Shown here one piece after another: positions 1 to 8,759 of a DNA stretch of 64,000 bases (position 1 is its first letter; each line of letters starts with the position of its first letter). The DNA comes from Novosphingobium sp. (GTDB lineage Bacteria > Pseudomonadota > Alphaproteobacteria > Sphingomonadales > Sphingomonadaceae): NCBI RefSeq assembly GCF_024236215.1, contig NZ_JACKKX010000004.1; one strand, 5' to 3'. A program made the translations under genes and the position numbers. The notes under the pieces were generated by a model that was not told where the DNA came from, made no database searches, and was given only the letters and a program-made list of their open reading frames with translations.

Positions 1-442
1 CCAGCCACAACTGGTGCAGTGAAGCGACATCGATATCGAAACAGTCGGGCTCCCACACCCCCAGCGTCCATTGTGGAGAAAGGCCGTCCAGCCGCGTTTC
101 GAGCGCGGGCCGGTCCAGCGGCTCGATCCGCACGTCCAGCGCAGCAAATTCCGCAACGAAGGCGTCGCGCGCGGCCTCCTCGCCCGCGCGGGCCAGGGTC
201 AGCGCTCCGCGCGGCCCAAGCAGAGCCTGCCGATCGAGAAAGGGGCGCGAATGGGTGGTCAAGGGCGTGACGTGCGGGCCGCCATAGCTTTCGGTCCAGA
301 ACGCCGCCGAGCGCCCGGTGGCATGGTATCCGGGCCTATCCTCTGCCTCGAGCAGCAGCACGCTGCCATGCGGGGCGAGCCCGGCAGCCAGCGAGGCCCC
401 GGCAATTCCCGCCCCGACGATGACGAAATCGAACCGCTCCAC
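1..442 (-). CDS. FAD-dependent oxidoreductase (DAO/glycine-oxidase-like), N-terminal part; the 3' end lies beyond the window start
   Basis: My own minus-strand translation from GTG at 440-442 gives VERFDFVIVGAGIAGASLAAGLAPHGSVLLLEAEDRPGYHATGRSAAFW. This is a Rossmann GxGxxG dinucleotide-binding N-terminus. The ORF is absent from the track because it has no stop inside the window. Confidence 0.6.
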   Translation of the reverse strand, partial: MERFDFVIVGAGIAGASLAAGLAPHGSVLLLEAEDRPGYHATGRSAAFWTESYGGPHVTPLTTHSRPFLDRQALLGPRGALTLARAGEEAARDAFVAEFAALDVRIEPLDRPALETRLDGLSPQWTLGVWEPDCFDIDVASLHQLWL

Positions 443-446
443 CCCT

Positions 447-1394
447 TCAGCCGCCCGCCACCTGCGCCAGAAAAGCGTCCGCCGCGGCCAGCGCCTCGCC
501 GCGCACGCCGTCCTCCTCGCGCAGAATCTCGTGGTGGGCGCGCTTGCCGAAATCGATCAGGCGCACGTCGGGCAGCCGCGCGGCGGCGCGCTCTATCGCC
601 TTGAAGCCGACCAGCTTGTCGTTATCGGTGGCAAGGATCAGCACCGGTTGCCACACCCCCTCGAGCAGGCCCGGCGCAAACAGGCCGCGCATCGAGGCAT
701 AGGCACGCTCGACCCAGCCCCAGGAACCCGGCCCCATCACCAGTTCGGGCCGCGCCTCGCGCCACCACAGTTCGTCGGCATAACGTTCGCGATCATGGGT
801 CAGCAGGTGGACCCGCGCCTCGGGCGGCTGTCCAGGTTTCTCGCTCCACTTCCAGGCCGGGCGGCGCGGATCGCCCAGCGCCTTCATCACCCGCGCCGCG
901 GCGTGCATCACCGCATCGGGCAGCACGCTGGCGGTAAAACCGAGCATCGGCGCCGAGAGCAGCAGCGCATCGGGATCGACCGCGCGTTCGGCGGTGGCCC
1001 GCAGCGACAGATGCCCTCCCATCGAATGGGCGGCAAGCACATGCGGACCCGGCGTTTCTCCCTTCCAGTCCTTCCAAAGCGCGGCCAGGTCCTCGGTCCA
1101 GGTGGCAAAATCGTCGATGTGTCCGGTCACGGCATCGAGCCCCAGGCGCCCCGATCCGGCCTGGCCGCGCCAGTCCACCGCAGTCACCCGCCAGCCCAGC
1201 CCATGCCAATGATCGAGCGTTTCGAGATATTTCTCATAGAAATCGCCGCGCCCGGGCAGGAACAGCAGCGATCCCTTTGCCTCGCCGGAAGGGACCGGCC
1301 AATCGATCCGGCGGACCGGATGGCCATCCGGCGCATGCCACAGGCCCTCTTGCGCCGCGGGCGGGATCGAACGCCGGTCAAACTCTTGGCTCAT
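447..1394 (-). CDS. alpha/beta hydrolase (lysophospholipase/monoglyceride-lipase-like)
   Basis: It lies in ORF 447..1481. It has the nucleophile elbow AAHSMGGH (GxSxG) and LFLPGRGDFYEKY. I chose the MSQEFDRR start at 1394, which avoids overlap with the cpaA promoter side. Confidence 0.75.
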   Translation of the reverse strand: MSQEFDRRSIPPAAQEGLWHAPDGHPVRRIDWPVPSGEAKGSLLFLPGRGDFYEKYLETLDHWHGLGWRVTAVDWRGQAGSGRLGLDAVTGHIDDFATWTEDLAALWKDWKGETPGPHVLAAHSMGGHLSLRATAERAVDPDALLLSAPMLGFTASVLPDAVMHAAARVMKALGDPRRPAWKWSEKPGQPPEARVHLLTHDRERYADELWWREARPELVMGPGSWGWVERAYASMRGLFAPGLLEGVWQPVLILATDNDKLVGFKAIERAAARLPDVRLIDFGKRAHHEILREEDGVRGEALAAADAFLAQVAGG

Positions 1395-1479
1395 GTGGCT
1401 AACACCAGGCTCCTGCGGGTGGTTACTTTTTGGTAAGTCCTGACGCTTAGAGGTGTCTCTTGAGATCAGGGGGCACACC

Positions 1480-1980
1480 ATGCCGGACGTCGAATTTCGT
1501 TACCTGCTGCTGGGATGCTTGGCAATCGCGCTGCTGGTTGCCGCCTTTACCGATATCCGCCGCCGCCAGATCGACAACTGGCTCAACGCTGCAATCGCGG
1601 CGAGCGCGCCGCTGTTCTGGTGGGCCAGCGGTCTTGCGCTGTGGCCCGACGTAGCCTGGCAGCTTGGCGTTGCGGCGATAACCTTTGCCGGTCTGGCTGT
1701 GCTGTTCGCGATCCGCGCGATGGGCGGCGGCGATGTCAAGCTTCTTACCGCCCTGGCGCTGTGGATCCAGCCGGTCTGGTTCATGCGGTTGCTGGTGGTG
1801 ATGGCGCTGGTCGGCGGGGTGCTGACCCTGGTGCTCGGTGCCTGGCACGTTGCCCGGCGCCAGCGCAGCAAGCTTGCGATTCCCTATGGTGTGGCGATTT
1901 CCACCGCCGGCCTGTGGGTGCTCGCTTCGCAATATCTGCCTGCATTTCAATCGCCCGCGGCCTCGGCCGGGATCGGGTGA
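1480..1980 (+). CDS. cpaA: A24-family prepilin peptidase CpaA/TadV
   Basis: The protein is polytopic with a GGGDVKLL motif, and it sits first in a cpa/tad gene string. The ATG at 1480 (MPDVEF) is preferred over the TTG at 1453. Confidence 0.8.
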   Translation: MPDVEFRYLLLGCLAIALLVAAFTDIRRRQIDNWLNAAIAASAPLFWWASGLALWPDVAWQLGVAAITFAGLAVLFAIRAMGGGDVKLLTALALWIQPVWFMRLLVVMALVGGVLTLVLGAWHVARRQRSKLAIPYGVAISTAGLWVLASQYLPAFQSPAASAGIG

Positions 1981-2050
1981 ACCGGATTTTAACCAGTTTG
2001 CCCGAATAAGAATGTTGAAGTTCGGGATTTTCTAGGGGGCTCGCATAGCC

Positions 2051-3058
2051 ATGGATAGAAAGAAGCTGATGCTGCTGCTTGGCGCGCTGGTCATTGCGAT
2101 CGGCACCGCCCTGGCTGCAAGGAGCCTGTTGGCCGGGGGCAGCGCGCCCAAGGCAGAAGCCGCTCAGGTGCCGCAGGGCCCCAAGGTGCTGGTCGCCCAG
2201 CGCGCGCTGCCTGTCGGCACGATCATCACCGCCGATGCGGTCTCGTTCCAGCTGTGGCCCAAGGAAATGGTCCAGGATGCCTACTTCGTCGATGGCGAGG
2301 CAGACATGAACAAGCTGCTCGGCACCGTGGTACGCTATCCGATCACCGCTGGTCAGCCGGTTACCCAGGGCGGTCTTGTCGCCCCCGGCGATCGCGGCTT
2401 CCTTGCCGCGGCGCTTGGCCCGGGCATGCGCGCGACAACCATCCCTGTCTCCGCCAAGACCGGAGTCGGCGGCTTCGTTTTCCCGGGCGACCATGTCGAT
2501 CTGATGCTGACCCAGACCGTGCGCGGCGAGGGCGGCGGCGAGCCGCTGCGGACCACCGAGACGATCCTGCGCAACGTGCGTGTACTGGCCACCGACCGAT
2601 CGACCGAAACTTCGGTTGAAGACGGCAAGACCATCGTTCGCGGGTTCCGCACGGTTACCCTCGAAGTCACGCCCAAGATCGCCGAGAAGATCCAGGTTGC
2701 CCAGACCATCGGCACGCTCAGCCTTTCGCTGCGCAGCCTGGCCGACAACCAGTCCGAGCTCGATCAGGCGATCGCCAGCGGCTCGGTCAAGGTTCCCGCC
2801 GGTGCGAACAAGGCTCAGGAAGAAAAGCTCCTGTCCGATGCGATGAACCGCCCGGTCGAAGGCGGCACCACCTTTGTTACCGGCGGCGACGTTTCGCGCT
2901 TCCAGCGCCGCAATGTGCCCTCGGCAGCTCCGGCGCCGCGTGCCCCCTCGGCGCCCTATTCGGCCCCCGCAGCCGCTTCGCCCGCCCGCCCCGCCGGACC
3001 CGTGGTCCGCGTGACCCGCGGCAAGACCACGGTCGAAGAACCCGTGGGGAGGAACTGA
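2051..3058 (+). CDS. cpaB: Flp pilus assembly protein CpaB (RcpC-like)
   Basis: The 335-aa product has an N-terminal anchor (LMLLLGALVIAIG) and a SAF-like region (VLVAQRALPVGTIITADAV). It sits between cpaA and the secretin. Confidence 0.85.
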   Translation: MDRKKLMLLLGALVIAIGTALAARSLLAGGSAPKAEAAQVPQGPKVLVAQRALPVGTIITADAVSFQLWPKEMVQDAYFVDGEADMNKLLGTVVRYPITAGQPVTQGGLVAPGDRGFLAAALGPGMRATTIPVSAKTGVGGFVFPGDHVDLMLTQTVRGEGGGEPLRTTETILRNVRVLATDRSTETSVEDGKTIVRGFRTVTLEVTPKIAEKIQVAQTIGTLSLSLRSLADNQSELDQAIASGSVKVPAGANKAQEEKLLSDAMNRPVEGGTTFVTGGDVSRFQRRNVPSAAPAPRAPSAPYSAPAAASPARPAGPVVRVTRGKTTVEEPVGRN

Positions 3059-3059
3059 G

Positions 3060-4682
3060 ATGGCCAACCGCATTGTCCGTGCCGTGACCGGCGCCACGAA
3101 AGGTCGCAAAATGAACCGCCTTGCCACCACCATGCTGACCGCCGCCTGCGCGCTTGCGCCGCTGGCGCTGGTCCCGACCCAGGGCGCGACCGCGCAGTCC
3201 GTCGTCAAGCCGGCCAACGACATCGCCCTTTCGATCGGGCGAGGCCAGCTGGTCAGCGTCGGCGGAACCATGGCCGATGTATTTGTCGCCAACGATTCGA
3301 TCGCCGATGTGCAGATCAAGTCGGCGCGCCAGCTTTATGTCTTCGGCAAGGCCGGCGGCGAGACCACGGTCTATGCCAGCAACTCGGCTGGCGAGATCAT
3401 CTGGTCGGCCAACATCCGTGTCGGCTCAAACATCGACAGCGTCGATCAGATGCTGCGCATGGCGATGCCCGATGCCAAGATCGCGGTTTCCACCATGGGG
3501 ACCAACACCTTCCTGCTGACCGGCACCGTCGCCTCGCCCGAGGACGCCGCCGAAGCCCAGCGGCTGGTTGAGGCTTTCGTCGGCAGGGACGCCAACGTCA
3601 TCACCCGGCTCAAGACCGCCACTCCGCTACAGGTCAGCCTAAAGGTGCGTTTTGCCGAGGTGAGCCATTCGCTGGTCAAGACGCTCGGCGTCAATCTCAC
3701 CAGCTTCAGCAAGGGTGGCAACGGGTTCCAGTTCGGCATCGGTCAAGGTGCGGTGAAGACCTTCACTCCCGGCACCCCGATCGGCATGGGTCATGCCGCC
3801 ACGGTTACCCTGCCCGACGGTTCGACGATCGATTCGACCACGGTTACCCCGATCGGTACCGGCACCACCATCGCGATGGCGGGCAAGTTCCTCGGCCTCG
3901 ATCTGCTCGGCGCGCTCGACGCGGGCGAGACGGTGGGCATGGTGACCACTCTTTCGGAACCCAATCTGACCGCGCTCTCTGGTGAAACAGCCGAGTTTCT
4001 GGCCGGCGGCGAATATCCGATACCGGTCAGCCAGGGACTGGGCACCACTTCTGTCGAATACAAGAAATTCGGCGTCAGCCTAGCCTATACCCCGACGGTT
4101 CTGGCCAATGGCCGGATCTCGATCCGGGTCCGCCCGGAAGTGTCCGAGCTCTCAAGCCAGGGTTCGATCACGCTCAACGGCTTCCAGGTGCCGGCGCTGA
4201 CCGTACGGCGGGCTGAAACCACGGTCGAGCTTGGTTCGGGCCAGAGCTTCATGATCGCTGGCCTGATGGGCAACAACGCGCAGAACACGATCAAGAAGAT
4301 GCCCGGCGCGGGCGACGTGCCGATCCTCGGCTCGCTGTTCCGCTCGACCAATTTCCAGCGCGGCGACACCGAACTGGTGATCGTGATCACGCCCTATCTG
4401 GTCCAGCCGGTCGATGCCAACGACATCAAGCTGCCGACCGACGGCTATCAGTCGCCCAACGATGCCCAGCGCATCTTCGGCAACATGAAATCTGACGGCG
4501 AATCGGGCGGAGATCGCCCCAAGCCGACCAGCAAGCAGGACGCCGCGGTTGCGCCCAAGGTTGGCGAACTCGACCAGCCGAGCGCGATGCCCGAGCCGTC
4601 GAGAGACAAGAAGAGCAAGAAGAACAAGCGCACCGCCGCGGCTTCGGCCACCGACGCAGCGCCTGGTTTCAGCCTGAATTGA
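3060..4682 (+). CDS. cpaC: Tad secretin CpaC/RcpA (type II/III secretion system secretin family)
   Basis: It carries the secretin C-domain signature PGAGDVPILGSLFRSTNFQRGDTELVIVITP, a signal peptide and a BON-like N-terminal region. Confidence 0.85.
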   Translation: MANRIVRAVTGATKGRKMNRLATTMLTAACALAPLALVPTQGATAQSVVKPANDIALSIGRGQLVSVGGTMADVFVANDSIADVQIKSARQLYVFGKAGGETTVYASNSAGEIIWSANIRVGSNIDSVDQMLRMAMPDAKIAVSTMGTNTFLLTGTVASPEDAAEAQRLVEAFVGRDANVITRLKTATPLQVSLKVRFAEVSHSLVKTLGVNLTSFSKGGNGFQFGIGQGAVKTFTPGTPIGMGHAATVTLPDGSTIDSTTVTPIGTGTTIAMAGKFLGLDLLGALDAGETVGMVTTLSEPNLTALSGETAEFLAGGEYPIPVSQGLGTTSVEYKKFGVSLAYTPTVLANGRISIRVRPEVSELSSQGSITLNGFQVPALTVRRAETTVELGSGQSFMIAGLMGNNAQNTIKKMPGAGDVPILGSLFRSTNFQRGDTELVIVITPYLVQPVDANDIKLPTDGYQSPNDAQRIFGNMKSDGESGGDRPKPTSKQDAAVAPKVGELDQPSAMPEPSRDKKSKKNKRTAAASATDAAPGFSLN

Positions 4683-4697
4683 GCGAGGTGAATAGCG

Positions 4698-5348
4698 ATG
4701 CTTAGGATCAAGACCCGCAAGCCGCTGGCCGGCGCAATGACCCTGGCGCTGAGCCTCGCGCTCGGTGCCTGCGGAGGAATGCCGTCCAATCGCAGCATTG
4801 AAAGCATTCACCAGCCGGTGGTGGAACGCACCAATTACACGCTGGACCTGAATGCTGGCTCGGGCGGGCTCTCGCTTCCCGAACAGCGCCGCCTGGTCGG
4901 CTGGTTCGACGCGATGGGCCTGCGCTATGGCGATCGCATCTATATCGACGATCCGCTGTCTGGCGGGGCCACCCGCGGGGCGGTTGAAGCGATCGCAGGC
5001 CGCTATGGCATGCTGGTCGGCACCGACGCGCCGGTAACCCCGGGCGATGTCCCGGCGGGCACTGTCCGCGTGATTGTGGCACGTTCGAGCGCCTCGGTTC
5101 CGGGCTGCCCCGACTGGTCAGCGGATTCGGAAACCAATTTCAACAACGGTACCAGCTCCAACTATGGCTGTGCGGTCAACTCCAACTTCGCGGCGATGAT
5201 CGCCGATCCAGAGCACCTGATCCACGGCGCCAGCGGGGACAGCCGGACCACGGCGATGAGCTCAACCAAGGCCATCGACTCTTATCGCGAGGCCCCGCCG
5301 ACCGGCCAGGGTGGCCTCAAGCAGCAGTCTTCGCAGAGCGGGAAGTAA
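4698..5348 (+). CDS. cpaD: CpaD-family pilus assembly lipoprotein
   Basis: It has the lipobox LSLALGAC and a conserved Cys pair (PGCPDW, NYGCAVN), and it sits after cpaC. Confidence 0.7.
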   Translation: MLRIKTRKPLAGAMTLALSLALGACGGMPSNRSIESIHQPVVERTNYTLDLNAGSGGLSLPEQRRLVGWFDAMGLRYGDRIYIDDPLSGGATRGAVEAIAGRYGMLVGTDAPVTPGDVPAGTVRVIVARSSASVPGCPDWSADSETNFNNGTSSNYGCAVNSNFAAMIADPEHLIHGASGDSRTTAMSSTKAIDSYREAPPTGQGGLKQQSSQSGK

Positions 5349-5351
5349 GCC

Positions 5352-6638
5352 ATGAATGCTCCTTGGAAACCTGGTGTGCAGGGCAACCGCGACGCCTTCA
5401 GCGCGTTCATCTGCGACGATGCTTCGCTCGATGTGCTGCGCCCCGTCGTGATCGAAATGGGCTGGGCGCCCGAGAAGTGCAACAAGGGCGGACTGCGCAA
5501 TGCGGTCCAGTCCCTGTCGATCTCGGCCAGCCCGAACATCCTGATGGTCGATCTGTCGGAAAGCGGCGATCCGCTGAGCGACATCAACGCCCTGGCCGAG
5601 GTTTGCGAACCTGGCACGGTGGTGATCGCGGTCGGTCAGGTCAACGACGTACGGCTCTATCGCGATCTGATCGCGAGCGGAATCCACGACTATCTGCTCA
5701 AGCCGCTCTCGCCCGGTCAGCTGCGCGATGCGCTGGTCAACGCCCAGGCGATCTTCTCGGCTCCCAAACAGCATGACCCGCAAGCGGCCAAGCGCCACAT
5801 CTCCACCGCGGTGATCGGCACGCGCGGCGGGGTCGGCGCCTCGACCATCGCCACCTCGCTCGCCTGGTTGTTCAGCGCGGACGAGAAGATGCCGACCGCG
5901 CTGCTCGATCTCGACGTGCATTTCGGCACCGGCGCACTCACGCTCGATCTCGAGCCGGGTCGCGGCCTGACCGACGCGATCGAGAATCCGGGCCGGATCG
6001 ACGGGCTGTTCATCGAACGCGCGATGATCCGCGCCAACGATCATCTTGCGATCCTCTCGGCCGAAGCGCCGATGAATTCGCCGCTGATGACCGACGGTGC
6101 CGCCTTCGTGCAGCTGGAAGAGGAATTCCGTCAGGCTTTCGAGATGACGGTGATCGACCTGCCGCGCAACATGCTGATCAATTTCCCGCACCTGCTGGCC
6201 GACGTGAATGTCGTGCTGCTGGTGACGGAAATGACACTGGCTTCCGCGCGCGATGCGATCCGCATTCTTTCGTGGCTCAAGGCCAACGCGGCCCATATCC
6301 AGCCGATCGTGATCGCCAACAAGGTGCAGAACGGCGTGGCCGAGATCAGCAAGGCGGATTTCGAGGCCTCGATCGAACGCAAGATCGGTTTCACCATCCC
6401 CTACGACGTCAAGGCCGCGACCAATGCCGCCAAGCTTGGCCAGACTTTTGCCGACGCGAACCGTTCGTCCAAGGCCGGCACCGCGATGCGCGATGTGGCC
6501 AAGGCGGTGATGGGCGTGGGCGATGGCGAGCCGGTCGACGACGCGGTCAAGGCCAAGCCCTCGCTGCTCGGCAAGTTCGATTTCAAGTCCCTGCTGTCCA
6601 AGAAGCCGGCCAAGTCGCCCGCTCCGGCGCAGGGTTGA
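5352..6638 (+). CDS. cpaE: CpaE/TadZ pilus assembly protein (degenerate receiver domain plus ParA/MinD-like domain)
   Basis: The N-terminal region is receiver-like. The ParA-like P-loop reads GTRGGVGAST (nt 5817-5846), which lacks the canonical GK[ST] lysine, as I recall is usual for TadZ/CpaE. Confidence 0.8.
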   Translation: MNAPWKPGVQGNRDAFSAFICDDASLDVLRPVVIEMGWAPEKCNKGGLRNAVQSLSISASPNILMVDLSESGDPLSDINALAEVCEPGTVVIAVGQVNDVRLYRDLIASGIHDYLLKPLSPGQLRDALVNAQAIFSAPKQHDPQAAKRHISTAVIGTRGGVGASTIATSLAWLFSADEKMPTALLDLDVHFGTGALTLDLEPGRGLTDAIENPGRIDGLFIERAMIRANDHLAILSAEAPMNSPLMTDGAAFVQLEEEFRQAFEMTVIDLPRNMLINFPHLLADVNVVLLVTEMTLASARDAIRILSWLKANAAHIQPIVIANKVQNGVAEISKADFEASIERKIGFTIPYDVKAATNAAKLGQTFADANRSSKAGTAMRDVAKAVMGVGDGEPVDDAVKAKPSLLGKFDFKSLLSKKPAKSPAPAQG

Positions 6639-6701
6639 ACCAGGTAACCGGTGCCTCGCCCCAAAGGCGGGTGCCCCTGAAACTAGAGGCGTAGTGCGCG
6701 C

Positions 6702-7673
6702 ATGAGCATTGTACAGCTCCTGCTTGTTGCCGTGGGTCTGATGGCCTTCATGGTCGTGGGCTATCTGGCCTTGTCCGGTCCTTCGCCGGCCAAGGAAGGC
6801 GCGCGCCGCCTCCAGTCGGTGCGCTTTCGCCATTCGGAAAGCACCAACGACCGGGTCGAGGCGCAGCTCAAGAAGGCGGTCGCCGCGCGCAAGCCCAAGA
6901 TGCACCACATTGCGGGTTCGGAATCGCGCGTTGCCGCGCTGGCGCTGCGTCTGCACCGTTCCGGCAAGGACTGGACGCTGACCCAATATGCCTATGCTTC
7001 GGCCGGCATCGCGGTGGTCACGGCGGTGCTGGTCTACCTCAAGTCGGGCAATGCCATGTTTGCGCTGGGCCTGGGGCTGTTCTGCGGTGCGGGCATTCCC
7101 CACGCCGCGGTCAACTTCTTCATCAAGAAGCGCAACGGCGCCTTCACCGCAAAGTTTCCCGATGCGATCGAGCTGCTGGTGCGCGGTCTGCGCTCGGGCC
7201 TTCCGGTTACCGAAACTCTGGGCGTGGTCGCCTCGGAAGTCCCCGGTCCGGTGGGCGAGGAGTTCAAGCTGGTGACCGAGCGGATCAAGATCGGCAAGAC
7301 CATGGAGGATGCCCTCCAGGAAACCGCCGACCGGCTCAACACGCCCGAATTCAGCTTTTTCGTCATCACCCTGGCGATCCAGCGCGAAACCGGCGGCAAC
7401 CTGGCCGAAACGCTTTCCAACCTGGCCACCGTGCTGCGCCAGCGCGCGCAAATGAAGCTCAAGATCCGGGCAATGAGTTCGGAATCGAAAGCGTCCGCCT
7501 ACATTGTCGGCTCGCTGCCGTTCATCGTCTTCGGCATGGTCTACTGGATCAACCCGAAATACCTCGGCGGCTTTTTCACCGACGACCGGCTGATCGTGAC
7601 CGGCCTTGGCGGGCTGGTGTGGATGTCGATCGGCGCCTTCATCATGGCCAAGATGGTCAGCTTCGAGATCTGA
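6702..7673 (+). CDS. tadB: TadB (CpaG) type II secretion system F-family inner-membrane platform protein
   Basis: The 323-aa protein has the T2SSF-type layout (FPDAIELLVRGLRSGLPV, RAMSSESKASA). It follows cpaE after only 63 nt. Confidence 0.8.
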   Translation: MSIVQLLLVAVGLMAFMVVGYLALSGPSPAKEGARRLQSVRFRHSESTNDRVEAQLKKAVAARKPKMHHIAGSESRVAALALRLHRSGKDWTLTQYAYASAGIAVVTAVLVYLKSGNAMFALGLGLFCGAGIPHAAVNFFIKKRNGAFTAKFPDAIELLVRGLRSGLPVTETLGVVASEVPGPVGEEFKLVTERIKIGKTMEDALQETADRLNTPEFSFFVITLAIQRETGGNLAETLSNLATVLRQRAQMKLKIRAMSSESKASAYIVGSLPFIVFGMVYWINPKYLGGFFTDDRLIVTGLGGLVWMSIGAFIMAKMVSFEI

Positions 7674-7692
7674 GCGGGGGAATATCAGCGTC

Positions 7693-8700
7693 ATGAATAC
7701 CACGCCCGGACCCACGCTTCTCGGCATCGACGTCCTCTGGGTCGGCTCGATCCTTGCGGGCATGGCCGCGCTTGCGGTGATGTTCGCGATCTATACCGCG
7801 GTCACCATCCGCGATCCGATGCAGAAGCGCGTCAAGTCGCTCAACGAGCGGCGCGAGCAGCTCAAGGCCGGGATCGTTACCCAGACCGCCAAGAAGCGTG
7901 CCCAGCTCGTTCGCAAGAACGAGACTACCGAGAAGATGAAGGACACGCTGTCGGCGCTCAAGGTGCTGCAGCAGAGCCAGCTCGAGGCGATCCAGCAAAA
8001 GCTGGCGCAGGCCGGTATCCGCAAGAAGGAACTCGGCGTTGCCGTGATCTTCGCGCGTATGGTGCTGCCGGTGGTGCTCGGCGGGATCGCGGCCTTCATG
8101 ATCTATGGCATCAACTATTTCCCCACCTGGGGGGGTTTGAAGAAGCTGATGGCCTTCGCCGCCGCCGTTGGCGCGGGCTACAAGGGGCCGGAAGTCTATA
8201 TCCAGAACATCATCTCCAAGCGCACCGATGCGATCCGCAAGGGCCTTCCCGACGCGCTCGACCTGCTGGTGATCTGCGCCGAGGCGGGCCTGACCGTCGA
8301 TGCGTCCTTCAACCGCGTGGCGCGTGAACTGGGCCGGGCCTATCCCGAGCTGGGCGATGAGTTCGCACTGACCGCGATCGAGCTTTCGTTCCTCAGCGAA
8401 CGACGCCAGGCGTTCGAGAACCTCGCTTACCGCGTCAAGCTGGATGCGGTAAAAGGGGTGACAACCACCATGGTCCAGACCGAGCGTTATGGTACGCCAC
8501 TGGCCTCGGCGCTGCGCGTGCTCTCGGCCGAATTCCGCAACGAGCGCATGATGCGCGCTGAGGAAAAGGCCGCGCGGCTGCCCGCGATCATGACGGTTCC
8601 GCTGATCCTGTTCATTCTGCCGGTGCTGTTCATCGTGATCCTTGGCCCCGCGGCCTGCTCGATCGCCGACGCCTTCAGCCACAAGCCCGGCCAGCACTGA
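7693..8700 (+). CDS. tadC: TadC (CpaH) type II secretion system F-family platform protein
   Basis: It has the T2SSF layout (LPDALDLLVICAEAGLTV, RMMRAEEKAARLP). I chose the ATG at 7693 (MNTTPGP); the track start at 7606 would overlap tadB. Confidence 0.8.
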   Translation: MNTTPGPTLLGIDVLWVGSILAGMAALAVMFAIYTAVTIRDPMQKRVKSLNERREQLKAGIVTQTAKKRAQLVRKNETTEKMKDTLSALKVLQQSQLEAIQQKLAQAGIRKKELGVAVIFARMVLPVVLGGIAAFMIYGINYFPTWGGLKKLMAFAAAVGAGYKGPEVYIQNIISKRTDAIRKGLPDALDLLVICAEAGLTVDASFNRVARELGRAYPELGDEFALTAIELSFLSERRQAFENLAYRVKLDAVKGVTTTMVQTERYGTPLASALRVLSAEFRNERMMRAEEKAARLPAIMTVPLILFILPVLFIVILGPAACSIADAFSHKPGQH

Positions 8701-8723
8701 TCCGGCCAGCGATTACCCGACAG

Positions 8724-8757
8724 GCGCCCTTGCCCTTGCGGCAGGGGCGTCTTTTCG
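8724..8757 (+). terminator. Rho-independent terminator after tadC
   Basis: The hairpin is GCGCCCTTGCC-cttgc-GGCAGGGGCGT followed by CTTTTCG. Confidence 0.55.
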
Positions 8758-8759
8758 AT

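Noticed and set aside
5817-5846. The CpaE P-loop GTRGGVGAST lacks the Walker A lysine, which might have meant an inactivated gene.
   Set aside because: As I recall, TadZ/CpaE proteins characteristically carry an atypical Walker A. The ORF is intact and well placed, so this is a family trait and not evidence of decay.
7606-7692. A 5' extension of the tadC ORF (track start 7606) that overlaps tadB by 68 nt.
   Set aside because: The extension is in-frame read-through of the tadB 3' end with no TM or T2SSF features. The ATG at 7693 gives a normal-length TadC with a 19-nt gap.
5262-7763. Very long antisense or alternative-frame ORFs in the track. Examples are 5262..7763(-) at 833 aa, 1781..3319(-), 26629..28278(-), 30297..32735(+), 42533..44935(+), 54649..57003(-) and 58334..60097(+).
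   Set aside because: They are Arg/Gly/Ala/Pro-rich low-complexity translations, typical of stop-poor non-coding frames in high-GC DNA. Each lies opposite or across a gene with clear family motifs (cpaE/tadB, cpaB, DUF4139, M16, gatA, valS, HerA).
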